In this document: positions 1 through 12,966 of the stretch, piece after piece | Layout: every line of letters starts with the position of its first letter | Numbering within the stretch: the first letter of the stretch is position 1 | NCBI RefSeq assembly: GCF_963921235.1 | Contig: NC_086110.1 | Location: 51,274,001-51,338,000 of the forward strand | Length of the DNA stretch: 64,000 nt | Origin: Mobula hypostoma | Lineage: Eukaryota | Direction: 5' to 3' | Notes under the pieces: generated by a model | The model's input: the letters and a program-made list of their open reading frames with translations, nothing else | Told to the model about the DNA's origin: nothing | Database searches by the model: none | Translations under genes and position numbers: made by a program

Positions 1-762
1 GGCTTCTGTACCTCCTGCCTGATGGCAACAGTGAGAAAAGGGCATGCCCTGGGTGTTGGACGTCCTTAAAATTTGTGCTGCCTTTCTGAGACACCGCTCC
101 ATGAGGATATCCTGGGTACATTATAGGTTAGTACCCAAGATGGAGCCAACTAAATTTCCAACCCTCTGCAGCTTCTTTCGGTCCTGTACAGTAGCCCCAC
201 CCCTCCATACCAGACAGTGATGCAGCCTATCAGAATGCTCTCCACAGTACATCTATAGAAGTTTTTGAGTGTATTTGTTGACATATCAAATCTCTTCATA
301 CTCCTAATGAAGTATATTCACCGTCTTGCCTTCTTTATAACTGCATTAATATGTTGTGACCAGGTTAGATCCTCAGAGGTCTTGACACCCAGGAACTTGA
401 AACTGCTCACTCGCTCCAGTCCTGATCCCTCTATGAGGATTGGTATGTGTTCCTTCGTCTTACCCTTCCTGAAGTCCACAATCAGCTCTTTTGTCTTACT
501 GATGTTGAGTGCCAGGTTGTTGCTGTGACACCACTCCACTAGTTGGCATATCTCACTCCTGTACACCCTCCCATCTCCACCTGAGATTCTACCAACAATG
601 GTTGCATCACCAGCAAATTTATAGATGGTACTTGAGCTGTGTCTATCCACACAGTCATGGGTATATAAAGAGCAGAGCAGTGGGCTAAGCACACATCCCT
701 GAGCTGCACCAGTGTTGATCGTCAGCGAGGACGAGATGTTATCACCAATCCGCACAGATTGT
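1..762 (-). mobile_element. Rex1/Babar-type non-LTR retrotransposon fragment (RT C-terminal half, decayed)
   Basis: ORF 318..755(-) reads TGAAQGCVLSPLL..YTHDC..IYKFAGD..WCHSNNLALNISKTKELIVDFRK. Near-identical copies at 22166-23025 and 39077-39964. Confidence 0.85.
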
Positions 763-1599
763 GTTCAGGGCAGTATATGGTGACATAAGCATAATTTGGT
801 AATATATTTACCTTGAATGTTGAACTTTGAATTTTTTCACACAGAGGGTGTTACATATGTGATACAATAATTTCATTATATCCCTTCTCATTCTTCAAAC
901 CTCCAGTGATTGATTCTTTGAAAATTAGCAATAAGTTCAATAGATATGGGAATAGAGCAGGAAACTGGACTTATGGAAAGTTGGCCAGCCATGGATAGCA
1001 AAGCAGGCGCAACAGGCCAAATGGCCTACTTGTGTTCCTTCTTGTGGCCTTCTTATTAATGAAAAAATATTGAAAAGGCAACCATCCTTCAGGAAAGCCG
1101 ATTTATAGTGTGAGAAGCTGCAAAGGATCAAGATTCAGAGTTCAGAATTACACATCAGAAAAGGATGAACAGACTAGGTCTTATTTCACTTATGAACAAA
1201 ACTGAGGGATGACTTGACAGAGATTTTTAAAATGATACTGTTGACAGGACGGACACAAGGAGAATGTTGCGCTGGTGAGAAGGGCCCTTTGTTTAATATG
1301 AGATAATCACTAAGTAATCCAACAGGAAATCGCCCAAGGAGTGTGGGGAACGTAGAATTTGATATCACAAGGAGTTGTTGAAGTAAAAATGGTAGGTACA
1401 CAATAGGTAAAAATGAGAGAGGAGGTCAAAAGGAATCAGATTAGAAGCTATAGAGTTGAGAACATTGTACCACCTGTGCCAAATAACTTAACGATACGCT
1501 GTTATTTCTGTATAGGCTATGTTCCCAGTAAACATAGCGACTTTAAGCTCGTTTAATAATACGATTTCATTGATTTAGGTTCAGGGTAGCTGAAGTTTC

Positions 1600-2520
1600 T
1601 CCCTCAGCGCCTGATTACGGACGTGAGATGTCAATCATTGCCATGCACCAGTGAGCTGCGGGAGGCCAGGCTTGTGTTCGTCACGTGCCCTATGGGAAAG
1701 GGAATTTCGCAGTTTTTGCTGACAGTGGTTTGTGTGTGTTACCCGGCGTTTATTTTTTATCTTTTATATTTATGTGTCGTCCAGAAGTACTTTTTGGTGA
1801 TTTCTTTATCTTCAGTCGAGGCTGGAACTTAAAGGTGGTTACTGGCAGGCGAGTTTAAGAGAACCTTCCAGTGGCAGAAGATCGATAGCAAGCTCTCGTC
1901 TTCGTGCCCGGAGAAGTTGTTCAACATTTGAGGGGTATGGATTATTGATAGTTGCTGAAATTTCTAACTCACTAAAAGTGAACGAAAACTCAGGAAGTGG
2001 GGTTAATTTGTATGCTTAATGTTGGAGACGGAAAATTAAGACTTTCGATTTCAGTTCCGTCCGTTCATCCATGTGCAACTAACTGGGTAAGAGGTCATGT
2101 CGTGTGTGAAAGCAGTCACAATCGCGACAGTCACCGTACTTGGGACAGTGATGAAGATAATATGAAGAGACCCGCGGTGTAAAAGCCGTTTTCAATATCT
2201 GTGCCTAAAAAATTAGCTGGAGCTGTAGAGTATAAAGAGTTTCCACCTGGGTGCCCAGTGGTTGTTCAAAATAAGGCTCTTTACTTTATCGGGGCAAATG
2301 AATTTGACATTTGAGAATTAGTTCCCTCCTCCATCCCCGCCATCCAAAAGTACTAAAAAAAACTTGTTCAAAAGTTAGTCATTTTTGACTATTAATTTTT
2401 GTGTGACTTTTCGAGTCCAGCATAGAAGAGGGAACATCCTTCTCCCTTGCTGGAGATTGGATTCGCTCTGGTATTTGACTCGGTCTAAATCCCAGCAAAA
2501 CGAAAGTCTCAGTCATAGCC
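1600..2520 (+). promoter_or_regulatory. Putative SPATA2L promoter / non-coding first-exon region
   Basis: Non-repeat, CpG-enriched stretch with CACGTG (1682-1687), kB-like GGGAATTTCG (1700-1709), ISRE-like ACTTTCGATTTCAGTT (2041-2056) and candidate donor TGG|GTAAGA (GT at 2087). The SPATA2L ATG exon starts right after a splice acceptor, so an upstream exon must exist. Confidence 0.4.
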
Positions 2521-3136
2521 ACGGGTGTCTCCGGAGTAACTTTGCCACTTCATGCTTATGTGCAGTGAAAAGTGGCGTCAATTGCACTCTATATTAAGAT
2601 ACAATTATCTTTAAATCATTTTATTGACCACACTATCAATGACGATTTTGAGTAGTCTAAAATAAAAACAAACATCTTGACGACGTTTCCAAATTGGTGT
2701 ATCAGGAGTTTGAATCTTCATTACCTCTGCCTTGAGGTAATTGAGTTTGTACCTCCGTTGTTCTGGAGTGCAAAGGCACAAGCTGGTGAAGGTGCTTAGT
2801 GGATGTAATCATTATCGTGATGGACTGGTATCTTCAGCAGTTTTTATGAACAAGAGTCACGAAGTGTCAGTTTAATTTTTTTTTGCACATTGTTAAATTT
2901 GGTGTTACTTTATGTCTGAATTATGACCAAGACACTTGGTCGAGCTATACTTTAAACGCCCCTCCCCCAGTTGTCGGCGGTAGCTTGAGCAGATGTGTTA
3001 GAAAATTGCAGGTAGTTGTGAGAGTAGCAGGGTAGTGCTAGTGAGAGATTTCTGTTTCCTCAGTATAGACTAGAACACCCAGAGTGCAAAGTGCAGAACT
3101 TGTGTTGCAGATCCAAGACATTTTCCCCAAAGAAGA

Positions 3137-4075
3137 GAATCAGAATCAGGTTTAATATCACTGGTAGACGTTGTGAAAATTGGTTGCTGCAGCAGTACAT
3201 TGCAAAACATAAGAACAACTATAAATTGCAATAAGAATATTATATATAAACAATGAAGCAAAAAGAGGGAAAATACTGAGGCAAAAAGTTCCTGAGTTTG
3301 TTGTCTGTTCAGGAACTTGATGGCAGAGAGGAAAAAGCTGTTCCTGAAATGTTGATGGTATCAATGAGAAGAGGGCATGTCCTGGGTGAGGGGGGTCATT
3401 AGCGATGGACGTTGTCTCTCAAAGATGTCCCTGATGCTGGGGAGGCTCTTGCCCGTGATGGAGCTGGCTGAGTTTACAGCTTTTTCTGATCCTGTGCAGT
3501 GTCCCCTCCATACCAGGTGATGATGCAGACAGAATGCTCTCCACGCTATATCTGTAGAAATTTTCTTGAATCTTTGGTGACATACCAAATCTCCTCGGAC
3601 TGCTAATGAGATATAGCCACGGGCATAACTCCTTTGTGATAGTATCAATATGTTGGGCCCAGAGTAGATCTTCAAGATGCTGACACCCAGGAACTTGAAA
3701 TTGCTCACTTTCCACTGCTAATCCCTCAATGATGACTGGTGGGTCTTCCCTTGACTTCCCCTTTCTGAAGTCAATAATCAGTTCCTGGTCTTACTGACAC
3801 TGAGTGCAAAGTCGTTGTTGCATCACCTTTTACCCAGCTTGTCTGTCTCACTCCTGTACAACTCATTGTCCCCATATGAAATTCTTCAACAATCGTTGTC
3901 ATGAGCTGCATGGTCATAGATGTAGACAAAATGGAGCAGTAGGCTGAGCGCACATTCCTGAGGTACACCAGTGTTCATTGTCAGTGAGAAGGAGATGGTA
4001 TTTCTGATCTGCCCTGACTGTGGACTCCCGATGAGGAAGTCATGGATCCAGGAGCAGAGGGAGGTACAGAGGCCC
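3137..4075 (-). mobile_element. Rex1/Babar LINE 3' fragment (old)
   Basis: Degenerate RT C-terminus (FKFLGV..) and 3' tail ATTAAACCTGATTCTGATTC on the - strand. Confidence 0.75.
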
Positions 4076-4462
4076 TTCTTTTAGGAAATGAGGTGGCCAA
4101 GTAACTGAAGTCCACTGACCATAATGCTATTAGTTTTAAAATAGTTACAGAAAAAGGTAGAGTAGATTCATAGGTTAAAGTCCTGAACTAGAGCAGGAAT
4201 ATCTTTGAGAGCATCAAGCAGAATCTAGCTGGGGTTGACTGGTTGACTGCAAAGAGAAAGGAACAGTTGACAAGTGGAAGGTTTTTAAAAATGTCCCATC
4301 AAGAGCTGAGGGCAGTGTGTTCCTGTCTGAGTGAAGGGTAGACACAACGAGCTCAGGCATCCTTACCTAACAAAATGAAACATCCTGGCTCAGGTCAGAA
4401 AAAGAAGGAAGTGTATGTTGTGGTTAGGTAGCTGGGTATGACTGGATCCCTTAGTAAATTGA

Positions 4463-7400
4463 TCACAAGACAAAGGAGCAGAAGTAGGCCATTTGGCCCA
4501 TTGAGTCTGCTCCGCCACTCCACTATGAGCTATACTATTCTCCCATCTAGTTCAGTTTCTGGCTTTTTCCCCATATCCCTTGATACCCTGACTAATTAGA
4601 TACCTGTCAATCTCCTCCTTAAACACCCTCAGTGACTGGGCCTCCACAGCTCTATGCAGCAACGAATTCCATAGATCCACAACCCTCTGGCTAAAAAAAA
4701 TTTCTTCTCATCTCTGTTTTAAATGGGTACCCTCTAATTCTAAGACTGGCCTCTTGTCCTGGATTCACCCACCAAGGAAAACAGCCTTTCCACATCTACT
4801 CTGTCCAACCCTGTCAACGTTCAAAATGTTCTGAGATCCTGTCTCCTTCTTCGATACTCTAATGAATACAGTCCAAGAGCCGACAAACACTCCTCATATG
4901 TTAGCTCCTGCATTCCAGGAATCATCCTCGTAAATCTTCTCTGAACTCTCTCCAACATCAGTACATCTCTTCTAAGATAGGGGGCCCAAAACTGCACACA
5001 GTATTCCAAATGAGGTCTCACCAGTGCCCCATAGAGCCTCATCAACACCTCCTTACTCTTATACACTATTCCTCTTGAAATGAATGCCAACATAGCATTC
5101 GCTTTCCTTACTGCTGATCCAACCTGGTGGTTAACCTTTAGGGTAAACACAAAATACTTTGCAGATGCTGGGGTCAAAGCAACACTCACAACATTCTGGA
5201 GGAACTCAACAGGCCGGGCAGCATCCGTGGAAACGATCAGTCAATGTTTCAGGCCGGAACCCATCGTCAGGACTGAAGAGGGAAGGGGCAGAGGCCCTAT
5301 AAAGAAGGTGGGGGGAGGGTGGGAAGGAGAAGGCTGGTAGTTTCCAGGTGAAAAACCAGTAAGGGGAAAGAAAAGGGGTGGGGGAGTGGAAGCCGGGAGG
5401 TGATGGGCAGGAAAGGTGAAGAAGAAATAGGGGAAAATGCAATGGGTAGTAGAAGGAGGCGGCGGCGGAGACATGTTCCCAGGAAGGAGATGTGACTGTG
5501 GTAGTGGGTCTGGGTGAGGATCTGGTCTAAGAGTCGGAGAAAGGCGGAGATCACAGAGGGGGAGCAGTGAGAGAGGGTCTCACTGAACTCCCGTCGAAGG
5601 GAAGCCTCTCTTCGACCTGCTGAGTTCCTCCAGCGTGTTGTGACTATTGCTTTAACCTTTAGGGTATCCTGCACAAGGACCCCCAAGTCCCTTTGCACTT
5701 CCGATTTTCGGATTTTCGAAATTTTCTCCCCATCTAAATAATAATCTGCTGGACTATTTCTTCTTCCAAAATGTACAACCGTACATTTGTCAATATTGTA
5801 TCTCATCTGACATTTCTTTGCCCACTCTCCTAAAATGGCCAAGTCTCTCTGCAACCTTTCCGTTTCTTCAACACCTCCTGCTCCTCCACCTATCTTGGTG
5901 TCATCCGCAAACTTAGCCACAAAACCATTTAATCCATAATCTAAATCATCGATATGCATTGTAAAAAGAAGCGGCCCCAACACTGACCCCTGCGGAACAC
6001 CACTAGTAACCGGCGACCAATCAGAATAGGATCCCTTTATTCCCACCCTTTGCTTTCTTCCTATCAGCCAATGCTCCACCCATTCCAATATCTTTCCTGT
6101 AATTCCATGGGCTCTGATTTTACTAAGCAGCCTCTTATGCGGCACCTTATCAAAGGCCTTTTGGAAATCCAAATACACAACATCCACAGCCTCTCCCTTG
6201 TCAATCTTATTTGAGATTACCTCAAAAAATTCCAATAGGTTGGTGAGGCAGGATCTTCCCTTCATGAAACCATGCTGGCTTCGGCCTATCTTGTCATGCA
6301 CCTTGAGGTATTTCACAACCTTGTCCTTGAGGATCGACTCCAATAACTTTCCAACTACTGATGTCAGACTAATTGGTCTGTAATTTTCTTTTTGCTGCCT
6401 CTCTCCTTTCTTAAACAGCGGAACTACATTTGCGACCTTCCAGTCCTCCGGAACCATGCCAGAGTCTATTGATTCCTGGAAGATCATTTCCAATGCCTCC
6501 ACAATCTCCAAAGCCACCTCCTTCAGAACCCTTGGGTGCACCTCATCCGGACCGGGAGACTTATCTATTCTTAGTCCATTTAGTTTCCCAAGCACTTTCT
6601 CTCTCTAGTAATCTTGACTGTACCTAATTCTATTCCCTGAGACCTATCAGGTATGTTGCTATTGTCTTCCACTCTGAAGACTGATGCAAAATACTCATTT
6701 AGTTCCTCTGCCATCTCTTTGTTACCCATTATAATTTCTCCAGCATCATTTTCAATCGGTCCTATATCTACCCATGTCACACTTTTACTCTTCATATATT
6801 TAAAAAAACTTAGTATCCTTTTTTATGTTAATTGCCAACTTCCTTTCATAATACATCTTTTCTTTCCTAATGACTTTCTTAGTTTTCTTCTGTAAGTTTT
6901 TAAAAGTTGTCCAGTCCTCAGTTTTCCCACTAATTTTTGCTTCCTTGTATGCCATCTCTTTTGCTTTTATGTTAGCCTTAACCTCTCTCGTTAGCCACAT
7001 TTGTGCCATTTTTCCATTCATGATTTTCTTTTTTCTTGGAATATATTTTTCCTGCACTTTCCTTATTTCCTGTAGGAACTTCATCCAATTATGCTCTACC
7101 GTCCCTCCATCTAGCTTACTTTTCCAATCGACTTGGGCCATTTCCTCTCTCATACCACTGTAATTTCCTTTGTTCCACTGAAATATTGATACACCTGATA
7201 CCAGCTTCTTTTCAAATTTGAAACTGAACTTAATCAGGTTATGATCACTACTTCCAAGGGGTTTCATTACCTCCAGCTCCCTAATTGCCTCAGGTTCATT
7301 ACACAGCACCCAATGCAAAACAGCCGATCCCGTGGTGGGCTTATGGACAAGTTGCTCCAAAAAGCCATCTTGTAGGCATTCTACAAACACCCTCTCCTGA

Positions 7401-9195
7401 GATCCAGTACCTTCCTGACTTTCCCAATCCACTTTCATATTAAAATCCCCCATAATTATCTTGACATTTTCCTTCTGACAAGCTTTTTCTATTTCCAGCT
7501 GTAGCTTGTAATCCACATCCCGGCTGCTGTTTGGAGGCCTGTATATAACTGCTATTAGTGTCTTTTTACCCTTGCCATTTATTAACTCGACCCATAAGGA
7601 TTCTACCTCTTCTGATCCTGTGTCCCTTCTTTCTACTGATTTGATATCATTGCTTACCATCAGGGCCACGCCACCCCCTTTACCTACCTTCTTATCTTTC
7701 CTATACACTGCGTATCCTTGGATATTCAGTTCCCAATCACATCCATCATTTAGCCATGACTCGATGATGGCCACAGTGTCCTATCTTTTAACCTGTAGCT
7801 GTACAACAAGGTCATCCACTTTATTTCTAATGCTGCATGCATTTAAATACAGTACATTTAGATCAGTATCTGTTACCGATTTTGCTATATTTCTATCGCA
7901 CAGCAAATTATCCTGTCTAGTCACCTGTCTGTCCTCCTTGCCATCTTCACTGCACAGTATCTTTGACTTATTTCTATTTTCCTCTTCCTCAACCCTCACA
8001 CTCTGGTTTCCTTCCCCCTGCCAACTTAGTTTAAACCCTCCCTAACAGCTATATTAAACAATCCCGCCAGGATATTAGTACCCTTTGAGTTCAGGTGTAA
8101 CCCATCGTTTTTGTATATGTCATACCTCCCCCAAACAGATCCCAGATATCCAAGAATTTGAAGCCCTGCCCCCTGCATCGGTTACTTAGCCACGCATTCA
8201 TCTGCTTAATTCTGCTATTCTTACCTTCATTAGCGCGTGGCTCAGGCGGTAATCATGAGATTATTACTCTGGAGGTCCGGCTTTTCAATTTTCTTCTTAG
8301 CTCCCAGTAATCTTCCTTCAGGACCTCCTCTCTTTTTCTGTCTATGTCATTGGTACCAACATGTACCAAGACTTCTGGCTGCTGGCCCTCTCTCCTTAGA
8401 ATACTCTGGACCCGATCTGAGACATCCCGTACCCTGGCACCAGGGAGGCAACACACCATCCAGGTATCCTTGTCCGGCTCACAGAATCTCTTGTCTTTAC
8501 CCCTCACTATGGAATCCCCTATAAATACTGCATTTCTCCTTGCTCTCTTGATCACGCCACTGGGCAGAGTGCCAGAGTCCTGTTCGCTGTGGTTTTCCTC
8601 TGTCAGGTCAATCTCTCCAACAGTATCTAAAATGATATATCGATTTCTGAGGGGGACTGTCACAGGGGTGCTGTCCACTATCTCTCTATAGGTATTATCA
8701 ATCGCCTCCTCACTTTCCCTAACTAGCTGAAGGTCATCAAGTTGTAGCTCCAGATCCCTAACATGGCCCTTAAGGAGCCTCATCTCAATGCGCCTGGTGC
8801 AGTTGTAATCCTTGGGGAGGCTGGGAGTCTCCCAGGGTCCCCACATCTGGCACTTCAAGCACAACACTAATCCTAGATGCATACTTTTAATGCTACTGTT
8901 ATTACAAAATAAATCTGTAACTTACCCTTTTATCATGAGACTCAAAGGTCGCAGAAGCCTCTTCCCATTTCCGCCTAAGCCCCGTTGAGCCAAAGCCCTA
9001 TCACTCCGTACCCTCTCACTCCACAGCCCGCTCCGACGCTGCCCACTGGATAGGGCTGTGTTCTTTTTAAGCCTTCCGCGCTCTGAGGTCACGCGCCTGC
9101 GCAGTCGTGCCTCTTTTATCCCAAGTAGTTAAAAAAAAATCTGAATTTTCTCCCGAAAAACGGCGACTTACTCCGCTGCCTGCTTGCTGTGAATC
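4463..9195 (-). mobile_element. Near-full-length CR1 LINE (5'UTR, ORF1 zinc-finger/SGNH esterase, ORF2 APE endonuclease + RT, 3' tail); inactivated
   Basis: ORF1 8253..8882 has CxxC and IGDSIVRG..VHVGTND. ORF2 pieces: LNACSI, YRPPN, IMGDFN, SDHN, KSPGPD, DFQKAFDKV, GVPQGSVLGP, KFADDTK, LVRPHLEYC. CR1 3' end at about 4463. Stop at 7781, frameshifts near 6800 and 6590, insertion at 5146-5651. Confidence 0.95.
5146..5651 (-). mobile_element. Penelope-like element derivative (pLTR with hammerhead motif) inserted in CR1 ORF2
   Basis: Perfect 15-bp TSD TTAACCTTTAGGGTA at 5131-5145 and 5652-5666. Inverted ends ..GGAGGAACTCA../..TGAGTTCCTCC. Hammerhead core at 5238-5275(-). Confidence 0.85.
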
Positions 9196-10169
9196 AAAAG
9201 AGGAATCGACAGAGTATTCTGTGAATTGAAAAGGATTAAGAACAACTTAAAAGGCAAAAAGAAGGTATGAAATTGATTAGGCAGGCAGGGTTAAAGGTGT
9301 CAAGAGGTTACTCCATTATGTTAACAGTAAAAGGGTTATTAAGGAGGGACTAGGCGTCTTAAAAGGCTGTCAGGGCCACCAATGTGTGGAGATGCAGGAG
9401 ATAGCTGAGATTAATGTCTATTTCTCCTCTGTGTTTCCTGAGGGGAAAATCATGGATTCCAAAGAAATGAGGGTGATAAGTAGTGAGGCCTTAGATTGTG
9501 TGCTTATTAGGGAGGTATTTGCAGTCTTGAAGCTCCTTAAGATGAGCAAATCCCCAGGGCCTGAATGAGTGCACCCCAGACCTTTCAGGAAGAAATCACA
9601 AGAGGCCCTTGTCAAGGTGTTTGTTTTGTCATTAGCCACATGTGAAATCCCAGATGACTGGAGGGTGGCTAATGTTCTTCCATTGTTCAAGAAGGGCAGC
9701 AAGAATAGGTAGGGGACCTACAAGCTAGTGAGCCTTACTTAGGTTGTGGAGAAGTTACTGGAGGGAATTTTGAGAGACTGGATCTGCTGTTGCTTGGTCA
9801 GTTAATGACTGATGAGGAAGCATGGTTTTGTGCATGAGAGGTCATGTCTGACGAAGGTAGGGTAGCAATTGTTGCCTAGATGAACTTTAAGACAGATGGA
9901 AGGTCGACCTGAAGAGTTGGGTTATATGCAGTTGGGTGGAGCCAGCAAGCTGGGTTCAGGTTCTCTCAATGAGAGGAGGCAGAGGGTGAGGGTTGAAGGA
10001 TACCTGTGACTAGTAGATGCCCAGGGGTCAGTGTCGGGACCTCTGCATTTCTTGTGTATGTAAATGGTTTAGATATGAATGTATTTCGGAGGATTAGCAA
10101 GTTTGCTGATGACACTAAATTAAGGAGCCTTGTTGAATAGTGAAGCAGGTGGCAATGAGACCTTGACTG

Positions 10170-10415
10170 GGGGCAGCACGGCAGCGTGACACTCAGCACA
10201 AGCTTCCACAGCTAGAGCGACCCAGTTTAATGCTACCTCTCTCTGTAAAGACTTTGTACGTCACCCCTGTGGCCGCATGGGTTTGCTCCAAGCACTCCGG
10301 CCTCTTTCCACATTTCAGATGTTAGTCCATTAATTGGTTGCATGGGAATAATTGGGTGGCGTAGGCTCATTGGGCCTGAAACACCTGTTACTATGCTGCA
10401 TCTCTGAATAAAATA
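10170..10415 (+). mobile_element. V-SINE/HE1-like tRNA-derived SINE
   Basis: V-domain-like core TTTGTACG..CATGGGTTTGCTCC..CACTCCGG. Related copies at 11840-12092(-), 24710-24945(-), 31590-31800(+), 62000-62215(+), and one split by the hAT (35780-35852 / 41050-41232). Confidence 0.65.
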
Positions 10416-11079
10416 AATTGAACAGAATTGAATAATTAACACAATAGGGTGAGGAACAGTTCCACCTTGTAGCCTTTGGTAAAGTGCCAAATGCTCTATC
10501 CTATGATGCTCAGAGCAGGAGAGCTAATTCAACAGGCCTTCATGTCTGTGATCATTTCCAGACTCTTAATCAGTGAAGTGATTTTTAACAACATGATTAA
10601 AACCAACAGGCAGCTCTGCAGCAGGTTTTCAATTACTGAAAGTAATTGAAAAGATGAGGTGATTTAGTGGATGTATTAATCTACCCTCTCCCATTCCCCC
10701 TGGGCAGACGCTTTGGGTGAGGATGACTAGCTTCCACTCCAGTATGGGACCAACTTGGGGCCCACACACTGACACTCCCAAGAGCTGCATGACAGGGGAG
10801 GCAACTGGGTTGTTCATTAGGTGGTGTGTTCCTCTGAGCATTTATGGACAAATTACTTTGTGCCCCCACCTCCCCAAACGTTAAATTTGGGTTCTCAGTG
10901 CCAATCAATCTGCTCTCCCAGTTTGATGTGGATTCCTATTGCTAAGCGGCTTCATCCTGGTTTGGGGGGCGGGGAGGGGAAGTGTAATACAATGGAGGGA
11001 CCTAGGCGTACGGTTACTTAGTTTTTTGAAAATGTTGTCATGGTTAGACAGGGTGGTAAAAAGGCATTTAACACACATC

Positions 11080-11730
11080 TCCTGTTACTAATGCCATCTC
11101 CAATGGGATCCCACCACCCGGATATCCAGCCCCACCCCCCACAAATTTCCACAGGGATCACTCACTCCCCACTCCTTTGTTCTCTTGTCCCACCCCAATG
11201 ATTTCCCTCCTGGTGTTTACACTTGCAAGCAGAACTAGTGCCACACCTGCCCCTACACCTCCTTCCCCACTACCATTCTGGGCCCTTCCAGGTGAGACAA
11301 CATGTCACATGTGAATCTTTTGGGATCATCTACTGCATCTAGTGCTCCCAGTGTGGCCTCCTGTATTGTGAGACCCAACGTAGATTGGAAGAATGTATCA
11401 TCTGCCACAAAAAGTGGGATTTCCCCCAGTGGCCACCATTTCAATTCTACTTCCTATTCTCATTCCGACATGTCAGTCCATAGCCACCTCTACTGCCACA
11501 ATGAGGCCACACTCAGGTTGGAGGAGGAACGCTTCGTATTCCGTTTAGGTAGCCTCCAGCCTGTTGACATGAACTTCGATTTCTTAAACTTCCAGTAATT
11601 GCACCCTCCTCCTTCACCATTCCCCATTCCCATTTTCCCCCTCTCACCTTACCTTCTTACCTGCCCATCACCTCCCTCTGGTTCTGCTCCCCCTTCGCTT
11701 CCTTCCATGGTCTTCTGTCCTCTACTGTCA
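11080..11730 (+). mobile_element. Penelope-like element 3' fragment (GIY-YIG C-terminus)
   Basis: Reads HFNSTSYSHSDMSVH..LYCHNEATLRLEEERFVFRLGSLQPVDMNFDF; homologous to 60139-60528. Confidence 0.8.
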
Positions 11731-12369
11731 GTAAGCACACATAATATTCTAACAGTGCATGCACTCTTATGCTACAACGTAGCTGAGTTTTGGATTAGAA
11801 ATACACAGGCAAAATAATCATTAACTACGGTTGAATTTTATTTTATTTAGAGAGTCAGCATAGTAATAGGCCCTTCCAGCCGAATGAACTTGCACTGCTC
11901 AAATACAACCCAAGTGACAATCAACCTACTAACCTATATGTCTTTGGGATGGGGGAGGAAACCAGGAGCACCTGGAGCAAACATACGTGGTCATGGGGAA
12001 CATATACAAGGTCCTTACAGTCAGCAGCGGGAATTGAACCTGGGTTGCTGGGACTGTAATTATGCTAAGCCCCTACATTACTGTGCTGCCCTCAGCAAGG
12101 AATCGTCAATCTTAATGTACATCAAAATATAAATTGCCCAATAGTGGTTAAAAGTGAAAATAGTAATAAAGACTCAAATTCTTAATCAAATATGTGTATT
12201 AAGAATGAACCCATGTGATTATTATCTTCACTAGTAAGTGGGGAAAGTAAATCTCTCTCCTTGTTAATTGTCCTGTTTAGGGCATGTATCCATTTAAATT
12301 CCTAATGTAAACAACTGTGTGCTTAAAAAGTGCTCTAATAGAATAAATTGTGTTAGATTTTCTTTCAGA

Positions 12370-12678
12370 ATGGCCGCTGAACTACAATGTTATCTCGAGC
12401 GATACAAGAAGGTTTGTGAAGAATCATCTTTGGGACACAATGGAATTTGTCACGATAACAAATTAAAAGAACAAATCAGACAGTGGTTAATAAAAAGTGG
12501 CGCACATTTGGCTTCCTTACTGTGGGTTGATGTGCATGAAATAATTGCCAAATCCTTGCAAAGGTCACATAATAACCCAAATATTTTCAAGAAGCTGATT
12601 GGGGCTTTTGAATTATTGGAAATGGCTGCTGCCAACCTCTTTCAGTACCCATGGAGAAATGAATTCAAAACAATAAAG
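12370..12678 (+). CDS. SPATA2L: SPATA2-like protein, coding exon 1 (PUB domain N-part)
   Basis: Acceptor TTTTCTTTCAG|A, ATG at 12370. Reads MAAELQCYLERYK..LIGAFELLEMAAANLFQYPWRNEFKTIK, then donor AAG|GTAAGT. SPATA2-family PUB signature; synteny with CDK10. Confidence 0.92.
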
Positions 12679-12966
12679 GTAAGTCTGCTAATAAATTTTA
12701 TTTTGCCAGCTAAGTTGTCCTGTTTACACAGAATTTGAAGAGTTAAATGCTCTAAATGTTCAACAAAAACATTATTTTCCAATGTGTTTTGTCTGTTGCA
12801 ATACATTTATACAAACCAAAATGTCCATAGTTTTAATTGTTGATGAATTTACAATACAGTACTTCTACTGGCTCAATTTTCTGCTGTTGTACTCCCCTCT
12901 ACATCTCTTTATCACCCTCAACATCCTTGTCCAAAATCTTAATCATATGTTTCTCTTTTTTAAAAG

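Larger units (their letters stand above)
4080..10170 (+). mobile_element. Old CR1 LINE fragment, split by the younger CR1 at about 4460-9200
   Basis: 4080-4455 and about 9210-10170 are collinear CR1 ORF2 pieces (compare 46760-48100). Remnant motifs YFSSVF, KSPGPE, KFADDTK. Confidence 0.7.

Noticed and set aside
5297-6595. 432-aa ORF with an RT domain and a novel hydrophobic C-terminus
   Set aside because: Chimeric artefact: the CR1 RT frame reads into the TSD-flanked Penelope insertion. Not a domesticated gene.
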